Below are positions 47,988 to 56,276 of a stretch of DNA of 56,276 nucleotides, one piece after another. Below the pieces are notes generated by a model. The model had not been told where the DNA came from and made no database searches. It saw only the letters and a list, made by a program, of their open reading frames with translations. The position numbers and the translations under genes are program-made. Within the stretch, counting starts at the first letter, position 1. The number at the start of each line of letters is the position of its first letter. The stretch comes from a virus (lineage: Duplodnaviria; Caudoviricetes), in IMG/VR virus record IMGVR_UViG_3300033148_005213, positions 1 to 56,276 of that record. One strand, written 5' to 3'.

Positions 47988-49565
47988 TTACACCATCAAT
48001 CTAAATGTTTTTGCTTCACCTATAAATATTTTCATTGCTGGAGTATATGCAAGATATAATAATTCAGTTCCATCACTATCAACATATTGGATTGAAACCA
48101 TTCTAAATTCCACTTCATTTATGTATGGTCCAAATTCAAAATTCAAAAACAAATTATTTAGATAATATCTTTTTAGAGCATATTCAGAATTACCAACTAA
48201 AAATGTTTTATTTTCATAACTTTTCAAATATACATGTTGATATGTAACTGAATTTGATGCATTTAAAACTTTTCCACTTTCACTAGTTCCATCATCTTTT
48301 TGGATAACAAAATAATCAGCACCAACTTCATATACTATAAAAGTTCCATTATTATTAGAACTAAATGTAGTACTATTTATTGTAATTCTATCTCCAACTT
48401 TCAATCTAATTTGAATTCTTGGATTTGTTCCAGTTGAATTATAAGTATATGTTGTAAGACTTCCTGAATGAGCTATATTAAAACCAGTTGTAGAATCTCC
48501 TAAATATTCATCACAAATTGGAACTTCTGTCAAATAATTATCACTAGTAAGTACTGTATAAGATTGTAATGTTTCATTTCCTGAATAATCAGATACGACA
48601 TTTTTTATTATATCACCAGTTGCAACTTCTTTAGAATATGAAAAATCATTCGTTGTTATAATGTGACTTTGAATGGGAGTAAACATTTGTAGCAATTCAG
48701 AAACATAAGTGTCATTCAGTAAATTATTAAATAGTGAAGGTATTTTATAATCGTTTGAAATATTATTATATAGATTATCAGAAACATAAACATCAGGATA
48801 AACTGCATATTCCGAAATTATTGAATTTGTTGTGAATATAATATATTGCTTTGAATTGTTGGTGAAATGTGAAAAAACCAAATAATCTAAATCTAGTATT
48901 TTTTCTTCAAATTTCAACCCTGTTATTATAGGTTGATAAGTACTGGAATCAACACATAAATCAAATGATGCATTGCCAATATTTTTTTCTTCAACATCTA
49001 CAAAAAATGAAATTGGTAAATTATATACTATTATATTTCCAGTCATGTCAGTTTTCATTTTCATACTGCCAAAACTAACTCCTTCATTCAAAGTATCCAA
49101 TGATTTCATAACTACATTTAAATCATTATAATTAGTTGAATCTTCTGAAAAACGAATATATCTAGTAAACGAATTTTGATATTCAATTTTAAAATTTTCT
49201 TGAGTGGATGGTTTTTGTGAATTATAGTAATTTAAAAAATTCCATTCAGCTGTACTATCAATATTTGAAATAACTATCCAATGTTCTGAAACATTTAACA
49301 CTTTCCATCTAACATCTCCAGATAAATCAAAAATTTTAATAAATTTATCTACAGTTGTTGATGATGCAATTATATCATAACCATTTGCAGAAATATTGTT
49401 ATCAATTCCGATTATTACACTATCTCCCCAAGATATAAAGTTGTTCGTTGGTAAATTTGTATCTTTTCTTGATAATAATGAGCATCTTAATTTTGAATTT
49501 TTAGGAAGAAATTTTAGTTCATTGTATCTTCTATTTTGAAATGTTTGTAATCCTGATAATTTCAT
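47988..49565 (-). CDS. Putative baseplate/tail structural protein (start re-called at MKLSG)
   Basis: AAGGA SD, late promoter 49592-49599; beta-rich sequence. Confidence 0.6.
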   Translation of the reverse strand: MKLSGLQTFQNRRYNELKFLPKNSKLRCSLLSRKDTNLPTNNFISWGDSVIIGIDNNISANGYDIIASSTTVDKFIKIFDLSGDVRWKVLNVSEHWIVISNIDSTAEWNFLNYYNSQKPSTQENFKIEYQNSFTRYIRFSEDSTNYNDLNVVMKSLDTLNEGVSFGSMKMKTDMTGNIIVYNLPISFFVDVEEKNIGNASFDLCVDSSTYQPIITGLKFEEKILDLDYLVFSHFTNNSKQYIIFTTNSIISEYAVYPDVYVSDNLYNNISNDYKIPSLFNNLLNDTYVSELLQMFTPIQSHIITTNDFSYSKEVATGDIIKNVVSDYSGNETLQSYTVLTSDNYLTEVPICDEYLGDSTTGFNIAHSGSLTTYTYNSTGTNPRIQIRLKVGDRITINSTTFSSNNNGTFIVYEVGADYFVIQKDDGTSESGKVLNASNSVTYQHVYLKSYENKTFLVGNSEYALKRYYLNNLFLNFEFGPYINEVEFRMVSIQYVDSDGTELLYLAYTPAMKIFIGEAKTFRLMV

Positions 49566-49691
49566 AAATTCCTTTATAACATTTTTTATTATATTTATAT
49601 TTAAAAATAAATAAGATTTCACTTGCTATTTATAATTAGATTGTGTATATTATATATAAGCAAGCAATATAAACTACTGAGGGGGGACAAT

Positions 49692-49865
49692 ATGAAAAAA
49701 TACTTGAAGAGATGCAAAGAATTTTTTAGAATTATATCAATTTTGGGAGTGATTCCAAATGCGGTTGCCGGATTTTTTGGAAACATTCAACTTCAGCTAA
49801 TATCTCTAATAATTCAACTTTCATGTTTTGGTTTAATGTTTATTGTTGGATGGAAGAGAGAATAA
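49692..49865 (+). CDS. Small accessory membrane protein on the opposite strand
   Basis: GAGGGGG SD, early promoter 49623-49651, two hydrophobic segments. Confidence 0.65.
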   Translation: MKKYLKRCKEFFRIISILGVIPNAVAGFFGNIQLQLISLIIQLSCFGLMFIVGWKRE

Positions 49866-49882
49866 TTCTTGCATAAACATAC

Positions 49883-49952
49883 TTTAAACAACAAAACTAT
49901 TCTTAGATGCTAAATGTATCAATAAAGAATAGTTTTGTTGTTTTTAAAGGGC
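49883..49952 (+). repeat. Conserved 3' hairpin element, copy 4
   Basis: 19-bp stem, TAAATGTATCAA loop shared with copies 1 and 2, ends TTTAAAGGGC. Confidence 0.85.
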
Positions 49953-49973
49953 TAGAATTGCTTATATTTAATT

Positions 49974-51446
49974 CTATGCAAATGTATTGAAGTAAATTTT
50001 AACGTTTGATTGTAAATTTTCATTATATATATTTTTCAAATTAGTAGTGACATTCAAACTATAACTACTACTCAAATCTAAATCATGACTCAAATTTAAA
50101 TAAATTATATTATCTTCTTTACTCACATATAAATTAGGAATTGGTACAATTATTTCTGTACTTTCACATTTAATATAAATGTCATCAGGAACAATTATCA
50201 TGTCGTCTACTATTTCAGAAAATCTTATTTCAAATGAGTAATCCAATGAAACTGATTGATTATTATATAAATTAGCTGAAATTACTGAAAAGTCCAAAAT
50301 GTTGGTTGTCAAGTTTAAATTTTTATTTTTTATCAAATCTGATGTTGACAAATTTGATAATTGTTGCAATGTATAATTTTTATTTAAATTGTTTGCAGCT
50401 GAATTTTGCCAATAATAACCAATGTTAGTATATTTAACAGTTTCAAAATTAACAATATTTACTAATTGATTAAATTCAGAAACATCTAAGTTGGTTGATA
50501 CATTGGTATAAAAACAAAGCCATCCAACTGGGTGTACTAGAGGTTTTAATAAATAATCCCATGTATTTTCATCAAAAATAGATTCTAAATTATATATTGT
50601 TTTATTTAACTTATTAATTGATATAAATGGCTGTTCTATAACTATATTATCATCATTACATTGTGCATTATTTAATGTTCCGTCATTTATTACAATATTT
50701 CCAATAGAATTTCCATTACTAAAATAAGTATCTGATTCAACTTTATGGATTAGATATCGTTTATTGAATGCCAGTGAACCAGATTTCTTTAATGTAGTAT
50801 CTGTTGAAAATATTTCAACCACTTTATTATTAGAATTTAATGTCAATGAAATTTGTGGAATTATTATATTTCCAATTTCTTTATCATCACCAAAATAATT
50901 TTCTTCAGTTGCAGTTATTTTATATCTTTTATTTTTAACCAAATTACCACTTAATTTTTCTAAGGAATAATTTAAATCAAATTGCTTAAAATAAAACATT
51001 CTCAAATATGCATCCAAAATAAAATAAACATACTGTTCAGAACCTTTAAATCGTTTTAGATATTTGAAAGTCTGTATAAACGTTTTTTTATAAATTTTAA
51101 TATCTTGCATTCTGTTTGTATACAAATCATTTTTAAAATTTATAACTTGAGCGGAATCAGTTGGAAGTATTTTTTCATTTTCATTTCTACTATTTATTGT
51201 AGTAAAAAAATCAACTAACTCATATGCATAAGTTTCAATGTACTTCAATTCAAGAATAGAACCAATATCTACTTGAATATTTTCAGTACCATAATAATTA
51301 TTTATATCGTTGTCAAACAATACATGTTCATAATCCAATTTCAAATCATCTGAATTATCTATTATATATTCAATCGATGAATAATTTTTCATATTGAATA
51401 ATTTTTCAAATATTTGTATGTTTTTTATCATTATATTGTTAACCAC
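49974..51446 (-). CDS. Baseplate wedge protein (gp7-like) with C-terminal Ig-like domain
   Basis: FKGS and LVHPVGW motifs; C-terminal I.FS...Y.L.V...LKN..N..L.....F.T. Confidence 0.55.
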   Translation of the reverse strand: MVNNIMIKNIQIFEKLFNMKNYSSIEYIIDNSDDLKLDYEHVLFDNDINNYYGTENIQVDIGSILELKYIETYAYELVDFFTTINSRNENEKILPTDSAQVINFKNDLYTNRMQDIKIYKKTFIQTFKYLKRFKGSEQYVYFILDAYLRMFYFKQFDLNYSLEKLSGNLVKNKRYKITATEENYFGDDKEIGNIIIPQISLTLNSNNKVVEIFSTDTTLKKSGSLAFNKRYLIHKVESDTYFSNGNSIGNIVINDGTLNNAQCNDDNIVIEQPFISINKLNKTIYNLESIFDENTWDYLLKPLVHPVGWLCFYTNVSTNLDVSEFNQLVNIVNFETVKYTNIGYYWQNSAANNLNKNYTLQQLSNLSTSDLIKNKNLNLTTNILDFSVISANLYNNQSVSLDYSFEIRFSEIVDDMIIVPDDIYIKCESTEIIVPIPNLYVSKEDNIIYLNLSHDLDLSSSYSLNVTTNLKNIYNENLQSNVKIYFNTFA

Positions 51447-51949
51447 TCTTTAAATAGTTCTTTAATATCTGAATTTTCAAATAGTTTATCAGGTAATGAT
51501 TTTGCAAATTCATCTACTTTATAAGCTTCAAATACATTTTTATAATCATCAATTTTAACTACTTTATCATATTCAATATTTATCATATTTATGTAAACTT
51601 CTTCAGCATTGATGAAAGTTATCCTAATATATGATAATAAAATTGGATCAAATGTAAAATTAAATATTGCTGATGGAGGAATTTCCTCTTCCAGAATTGA
51701 CCAATTTACATTATCCCTACTAGTCTCTATTTTCAATGTATCAAATAACATTGTTTTCATATCAATTGATAAATTATTTATTTTATAGCCATCTAACAAA
51801 TGAATTTTTAAAAATTCATCTTGACTAGGATTATTGAGTACTTTCCAATTTATAGCATCATAATTTTTAATTTGTGAAAAATTTGTGCTAATATGACTAT
51901 TAGAATATGATATGTATATATTAACGCCATTTATCAAATCAATAAGCAT
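51431..51949 (-). CDS. Baseplate-region protein, discoidin-like
   Basis: KIETS.DNVNW...YIRI.F. Confidence 0.5.
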   Translation of the reverse strand: MLIDLINGVNIYISYSNSHISTNFSQIKNYDAINWKVLNNPSQDEFLKIHLLDGYKINNLSIDMKTMLFDTLKIETSRDNVNWSILEEEIPPSAIFNFTFDPILLSYIRITFINAEEVYINMINIEYDKVVKIDDYKNVFEAYKVDEFAKSLPDKLFENSDIKELFKEWLTI

Positions 51950-51951
51950 GT

Positions 51952-54699
51952 TTATTTTTCCTGAACTTGGTTTAAATTTGGCAATAAGAAAACAGTGTCA
52001 TCAGTGTTGAAATCACTATTTAAATTGGATATAGTTGCATAATCATCTTTTGAAGTTAAATGCATTTGATATATATTAGAAGATATCATAATATCATCTA
52101 GTAAAGTATTTAATTGAATTGTTTCACTTGTTATAGTTAAATGATCTTCATAATAACTCAAATTTTCATTAAAATAAAATACTCCCTTATTCATATCGAT
52201 TGTTGCAAGAATAATGTCATCATATTTTTCATAACAATATACTGAATATACGTTTCCGCTAGATATTAATTTAAACTTATTATTTTTATATTCTGGCATT
52301 GATGTACTATAATTAGATGTAGTCACAATTTTTATTTCAGAGTCAGTATATGATAAAGTCAAAACAGTATTTGAATCAACGTCCTTAACATAAATAAAAT
52401 TATTTGTTTCATCTTGATCATATGAAAATGCATCTGCATCATATTCATTTATATCTATTGTTGAAAATAATGAAATATCAAATATTTTTTTCCTGGACAC
52501 TAATTTTAAATTCATATCTTTTTGTTTAACTAAATCACTATTTCCAAATATTAAATTTCCAACAATTTTATTTGTTGTTTTTATCTTAGCATCTAATACA
52601 GATACATTTTTAGTGAAAACATAGTTGAAAAAATTTTCAGTAACATATTGAGATAAATTCAAAATCTGAAATAATAATTGAATGCCATATTTGTTATCAA
52701 CCGGTTTTAAATAGTAGAAAATTGTAGGTTCAGTTATTTTAACTATTTCACCAACCAAATAAGAAATGCCATCAATTCTAAAATAAATAAAATATGTTAA
52801 ATTTGTTGAGGAATAGTTATAGATATAATCACTATTTGCATCTTGTAAATTATCAGTGGAATAATACAGTGGAATATAACCATTTACAAAATATTCTTTT
52901 TCAGTTGCTAACTGATCATTTTTAAATATTTGAACAGTTATTATTTTATCATTGATGTGTGTTGTTAAAATGTCTGTATTTACAATATTGTCGTCTTCGT
53001 CAAATACTAATTCAAATATTTTAGATGCATTGGTTTCTGATATATAATCACTATTGACAATTATTCTTTCAAAATCATTTCCTATTGAAGGTGAACTTGA
53101 TTCAAGATTTGGACAATAAACAGTTTTATCTTCTAATAGTAATTCACTATGGGAATAAGAAGTATTATTTTTTAAATTGTTGAATTGGGTGTTATTTGTT
53201 ATTAAAAAATTTTCCGGAACTTTTAATAGCATTTTATCTATAATGTTATCTTTATTGACCATCAATCTGTAATTAGTTTCAATTTCTGCTGATAGAACAA
53301 AAGAATTTTGCATTATTAATTTATATAGATAACTCTCTCTATATTTTTTATTAAAACCATACAATGTTGAAGTTTCATCAACATCATTAACATACGGCAA
53401 TAATGATTGATATACATCTTTAGAAACTATGTTAAAATTTTTACTAGAATCAATTTCTATTTTCGGAGTAATATTCATATACATATATGACGGAGAGATC
53501 AAGTCAATATAAATCCATCCATTATAATAATTTCTAATATTTTGATATGTAATTACATCTGATACCAAATTAGTAATTTCACTAATTGGCAATGTTCCAT
53601 TTGGATAAAAATCATCAATATTTGTTTGACCTTTCAAACGATAATCTTCGGGAACTAAAACTAAATATGTTTGTCCTAACAAATTCCCCGAACTATAATT
53701 AACAATTGCTAGATTTGAAAATGCTAAATAAGTTTCTGCAATTTCCAACAATGCATCATAATCACGTCTAATAATATTATTACCAAATGCAGAAAAGTAT
53801 TTTGGAGCAATTGTCTTTATTTCCTCAATACTTTCAAATCCTGAACCACCATATGAAGAACTAAATGTGAAATTATAATTTGAAATATTTGCAAATTCAG
53901 AATTACCACTTGATATTATATTAGTTGCTTCAAATTCATTTTCTCCATTACCATCTTCACCTTCAGTAATGTAATAATTTACAACTATTTTTTCTGAATT
54001 TTGTGGTTTCTGTCCAACGTATCCATTTCCAAAAATTAATTTTACTTCATTATTTTTATTAACATCAATGTAATATATCCTGGAATTTTGATCAGGAATT
54101 TGTTGATAATCAATTATTTTATCCCATACATAATTATTTAAACCAACATATGATTTAACATCAAATGCATCATCTGAAATTCCAGTATCATCAATTTGTA
54201 CTTCTTGATTTATTGAATTGTCACCTGAATATTCAATACTTTTTAATTCTTTTTCTGAAATTGTAAAAATAGATTGATAAGTTCCATTTGCTTGTTTAGT
54301 GAATGTAATATTATTAACTATATAATTTAAGGAATTATTTTTTCCAATAAAAATAAATTTTGTTATAGTAAATGTCTGCCCTGAAAAAGTATCTGGAGTA
54401 TATATTGCAGTTACTTTCGATTTTGATGATATTCTTCTTCTAGGAGTATATCCGAGCTGATTAGCTAGATAAAAAGTTGATTCTGTAGTGTTAGCTGATG
54501 GAAGATATAAATTATTAACTAAGTTGCACATATACATGGAATTTTGAAGTCCTATATATGCAAGTCCTCTCAAATAAATGTCAAAATTCCCATTTGCAAC
54601 ATATTCAATATTGTGAACATCTTTATAATAGGTTTTCAATTCTTCTAATATATCATCATAAGAAAGTGTATTTATTGAAAATGAAAATTGTTCAGCCAT
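51952..54699 (-). CDS. gp6: Baseplate wedge subunit
   Basis: L.YDDI...LK.Y, LAY, YL.SA, LGYTP, FGNG..G.KP, GG...ESIEEIK..AP. Confidence 0.9.
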   Translation of the reverse strand: MAEQFSFSINTLSYDDILEELKTYYKDVHNIEYVANGNFDIYLRGLAYIGLQNSMYMCNLVNNLYLPSANTTESTFYLANQLGYTPRRRISSKSKVTAIYTPDTFSGQTFTITKFIFIGKNNSLNYIVNNITFTKQANGTYQSIFTISEKELKSIEYSGDNSINQEVQIDDTGISDDAFDVKSYVGLNNYVWDKIIDYQQIPDQNSRIYYIDVNKNNEVKLIFGNGYVGQKPQNSEKIVVNYYITEGEDGNGENEFEATNIISSGNSEFANISNYNFTFSSSYGGSGFESIEEIKTIAPKYFSAFGNNIIRRDYDALLEIAETYLAFSNLAIVNYSSGNLLGQTYLVLVPEDYRLKGQTNIDDFYPNGTLPISEITNLVSDVITYQNIRNYYNGWIYIDLISPSYMYMNITPKIEIDSSKNFNIVSKDVYQSLLPYVNDVDETSTLYGFNKKYRESYLYKLIMQNSFVLSAEIETNYRLMVNKDNIIDKMLLKVPENFLITNNTQFNNLKNNTSYSHSELLLEDKTVYCPNLESSSPSIGNDFERIIVNSDYISETNASKIFELVFDEDDNIVNTDILTTHINDKIITVQIFKNDQLATEKEYFVNGYIPLYYSTDNLQDANSDYIYNYSSTNLTYFIYFRIDGISYLVGEIVKITEPTIFYYLKPVDNKYGIQLLFQILNLSQYVTENFFNYVFTKNVSVLDAKIKTTNKIVGNLIFGNSDLVKQKDMNLKLVSRKKIFDISLFSTIDINEYDADAFSYDQDETNNFIYVKDVDSNTVLTLSYTDSEIKIVTTSNYSTSMPEYKNNKFKLISSGNVYSVYCYEKYDDIILATIDMNKGVFYFNENLSYYEDHLTITSETIQLNTLLDDIMISSNIYQMHLTSKDDYATISNLNSDFNTDDTVFLLPNLNQVQEK

Positions 54700-54740
54700 T
54701 TTATATAATTCCTGTTATATTTTTTATATATTTATATAAT

Positions 54741-54773
54741 AAAAAACTCCAGCATATAATTTATGCTGGAGCT
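54741..54773 (-). terminator. Intrinsic terminator
   Basis: CTCCAGCATA/TATGCTGGAG stem followed by a U tract on minus. Confidence 0.8.
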
Positions 54774-54819
54774 ACCATAAGATTGATCAGAATTGAGCAT
54801 AATTTAGAGGCTTGATCAA

Positions 54820-55182
54820 TTACTTAATCAATTCAACCATTTTCATAATATTGGCAATTTTTTTTAAATCTTTAGGATACTTTTTTTCAAGATCCTTTTT
54901 AATCAATTTCATGTCGCCATTATATTTTTTATACAACATAACAGATTCTTCTTCTTTTCCTTCTTTCAATCTGCCATTAGCAAAAGATTTCCAAGCCTCA
55001 CCGGATTTAATATATTCTTGTGCTTGCTGATCAATGTCCCGTTGAATTTCGTCTCCCACCTTACTTTTAAATGTGTGAATATCATCATTATTCATACAAT
55101 CAATTATTTCATCGAAAAAATCTTTTTCTGGTTGTTCTTCTTTATTTTCGATTTCTTCTGGAGTTTCTTTATCTTTTTCCAT
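54820..55182 (-). CDS. Acidic hypothetical protein (possible small prohead-core protein)
   Basis: 120-aa charged ORF; weak resemblance only. Confidence 0.5.
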   Translation of the reverse strand: MEKDKETPEEIENKEEQPEKDFFDEIIDCMNNDDIHTFKSKVGDEIQRDIDQQAQEYIKSGEAWKSFANGRLKEGKEEESVMLYKKYNGDMKLIKKDLEKKYPKDLKKIANIMKMVELIK

Positions 55183-55189
55183 ATATTAC

Positions 55190-55585
55190 CTACATTTTGT
55201 TTGTATTTATATTACAAAAATTAATTGTATTAATTGATATACTACCATCAGCAACACACATTACTAAATATGGTTTGATTGCTTTTATTTTTGAAAGTTC
55301 TACCAGTATCTCACCATAATTAAGATCTATCAACGGTGTAATATTACAATATACTTTATTACCAGCAATAAATAATTTATCAATCCTATGAGATATTTTT
55401 TTTATACAAACACAATAATTAGCATCTCGTGTTCGACTCTCAACTGTACCATATGATTTTTTATTTTTACAAAATTCATTATATTCATCAATTGCGTTCA
55501 AAAAAACTAATTTATTTTTAATAAAATCAAAATGATAATTATTATTACATAAATCAAATAAAAAATATTCTTTAGATTTATTCAT
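55190..55585 (-). CDS. Degenerate gp21 prohead-protease paralog
   Basis: KKSYGTVE...KISHRI..L...GNKVY.......G.IL aligns with KKSWGELGH...RLSHVI..L...GNILY....TPKG.LL of 34470..35141. Confidence 0.6.
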   Translation of the reverse strand: MNKSKEYFLFDLCNNNYHFDFIKNKLVFLNAIDEYNEFCKNKKSYGTVESRTRDANYCVCIKKISHRIDKLFIAGNKVYCNITPLIDLNYGEILVELSKIKAIKPYLVMCVADGSISINTINFCNINTNKM

Positions 55586-56276
55586 CAACAACTTCCTTAT
55601 CTTTTTCAATATGTTTTTTAGCCTCTTGAAATAAATCACTTTTAGAAAATTCATTTCTTAAAAAATCACCAAATTTACCAGCAATTTCTCTATCCCAATC
55701 ACTATCAGGTATATCTTTAAGCAATTTATAAACAAATTCTTTTTTTGGCATATCTTCATACTCAACACTTTTAAATCTATATCCTGCATATACTTTATTT
55801 AAAAATCCACCCATCATTGCATATTCGGCCAATCCGGAATATCTTAATAAACCTTTTTCATCGTCAATAGTAATGCGAACTTTTGTATTTTGCTTACCTA
55901 CTCTATTTTTTTGAGCATAAGATTCAATTTCTAAACCTGTACGATATTTTGTTGTTGATTTTTTACCATTATCTTTTACAAATTCAGTTCCTTCAGTATA
56001 TAGAATGTTTGCTTTTAAAAATAATGTTATACTAGGAGAATATTCATTTGAAGATCCTCCAGATACTACTCGTTTATTTTCCGCACTCACCTTTCCAACA
56101 GTTCCTAAATCCATTTTATCATATGTTCTGTTTACAAAAACCAATGGAATGTGTTTTAAATATGCTGGTTTCAATATTACGCGAAATAGAGAATTTGTTT
56201 CAATTGCCCTTTTCCCGACCACACTTTTATTATCTAACTTCTGTGCTTTATCAAATTCTTCGGAAGATGCTAAATT
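55578..56276 (-). CDS. uvsX: UvsX RecA-like recombinase (5' part outside the window)
   Basis: NLAS.EE....RA....SLFR....IP....N.TY, SGG, KNR, GL.RYSGL motifs; frame open to the window end. Confidence 0.9.
   Translation of the reverse strand, partial: NLASSEEFDKAQKLDNKSVVGKRAIETNSLFRVILKPAYLKHIPLVFVNRTYDKMDLGTVGKVSAENKRVVSGGSSNEYSPSITLFLKANILYTEGTEFVKDNGKKSTTKYRTGLEIESYAQKNRVGKQNTKVRITIDDEKGLLRYSGLAEYAMMGGFLNKVYAGYRFKSVEYEDMPKKEFVYKLLKDIPDSDWDREIAGKFGDFLRNEFSKSDLFQEAKKHIEKDKEVVDE

Noticed and set aside
1639-55319. Many short plus-strand ORFs in the track (e.g. 1639, 6522, 10932, 28984, 34156, 47920)
   Set aside because: They are antisense shadows of well-supported minus-strand genes or overlap hairpin elements, with no SD or promoter support

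Overview
Very AT-rich segment of a large T4-related (myovirus-type) bacteriophage genome, almost all on the minus strand. Right half (about 32-56 kb): virion morphogenesis cluster under T4-type late promoters (TATAAATA), with major capsid (gp23), scaffold (gp22), prohead protease (gp21), tail tube (gp19), three tail-sheath (gp18) paralogs, baseplate genes (gp5 OB-fold, gp27-, gp53-, gp48-, gp7- and gp6-like) and a partial UvsX. Left half: partial neck gp13, RNase H, primase gp61, two DNA methyltransferases and many small accessory ORFs under a repeated sigma70-like promoter (TTGCTA-N17-TATATT, 14 copies found). Most notable: (1) a complete cellular-type PrkA(YeaG)-YeaH-SpoVR-second PrkA module carried by the phage, rewired under phage promoters and interleaved with a family of small paralogous proteins with conserved basic/aromatic C-terminal tails; (2) a transcription unit with no convincing ORF (about 19.86-20.22 kb) containing a tRNA-like acceptor/T-arm; (3) a rod-shaped RNA candidate and a degenerate tRNA near 22.5-23.2 kb; (4) a four-copy covarying hairpin element downstream of accessory genes. 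All calls come from reading motifs by eye; no database search or folding program was run, and the host cannot be determined from this window.
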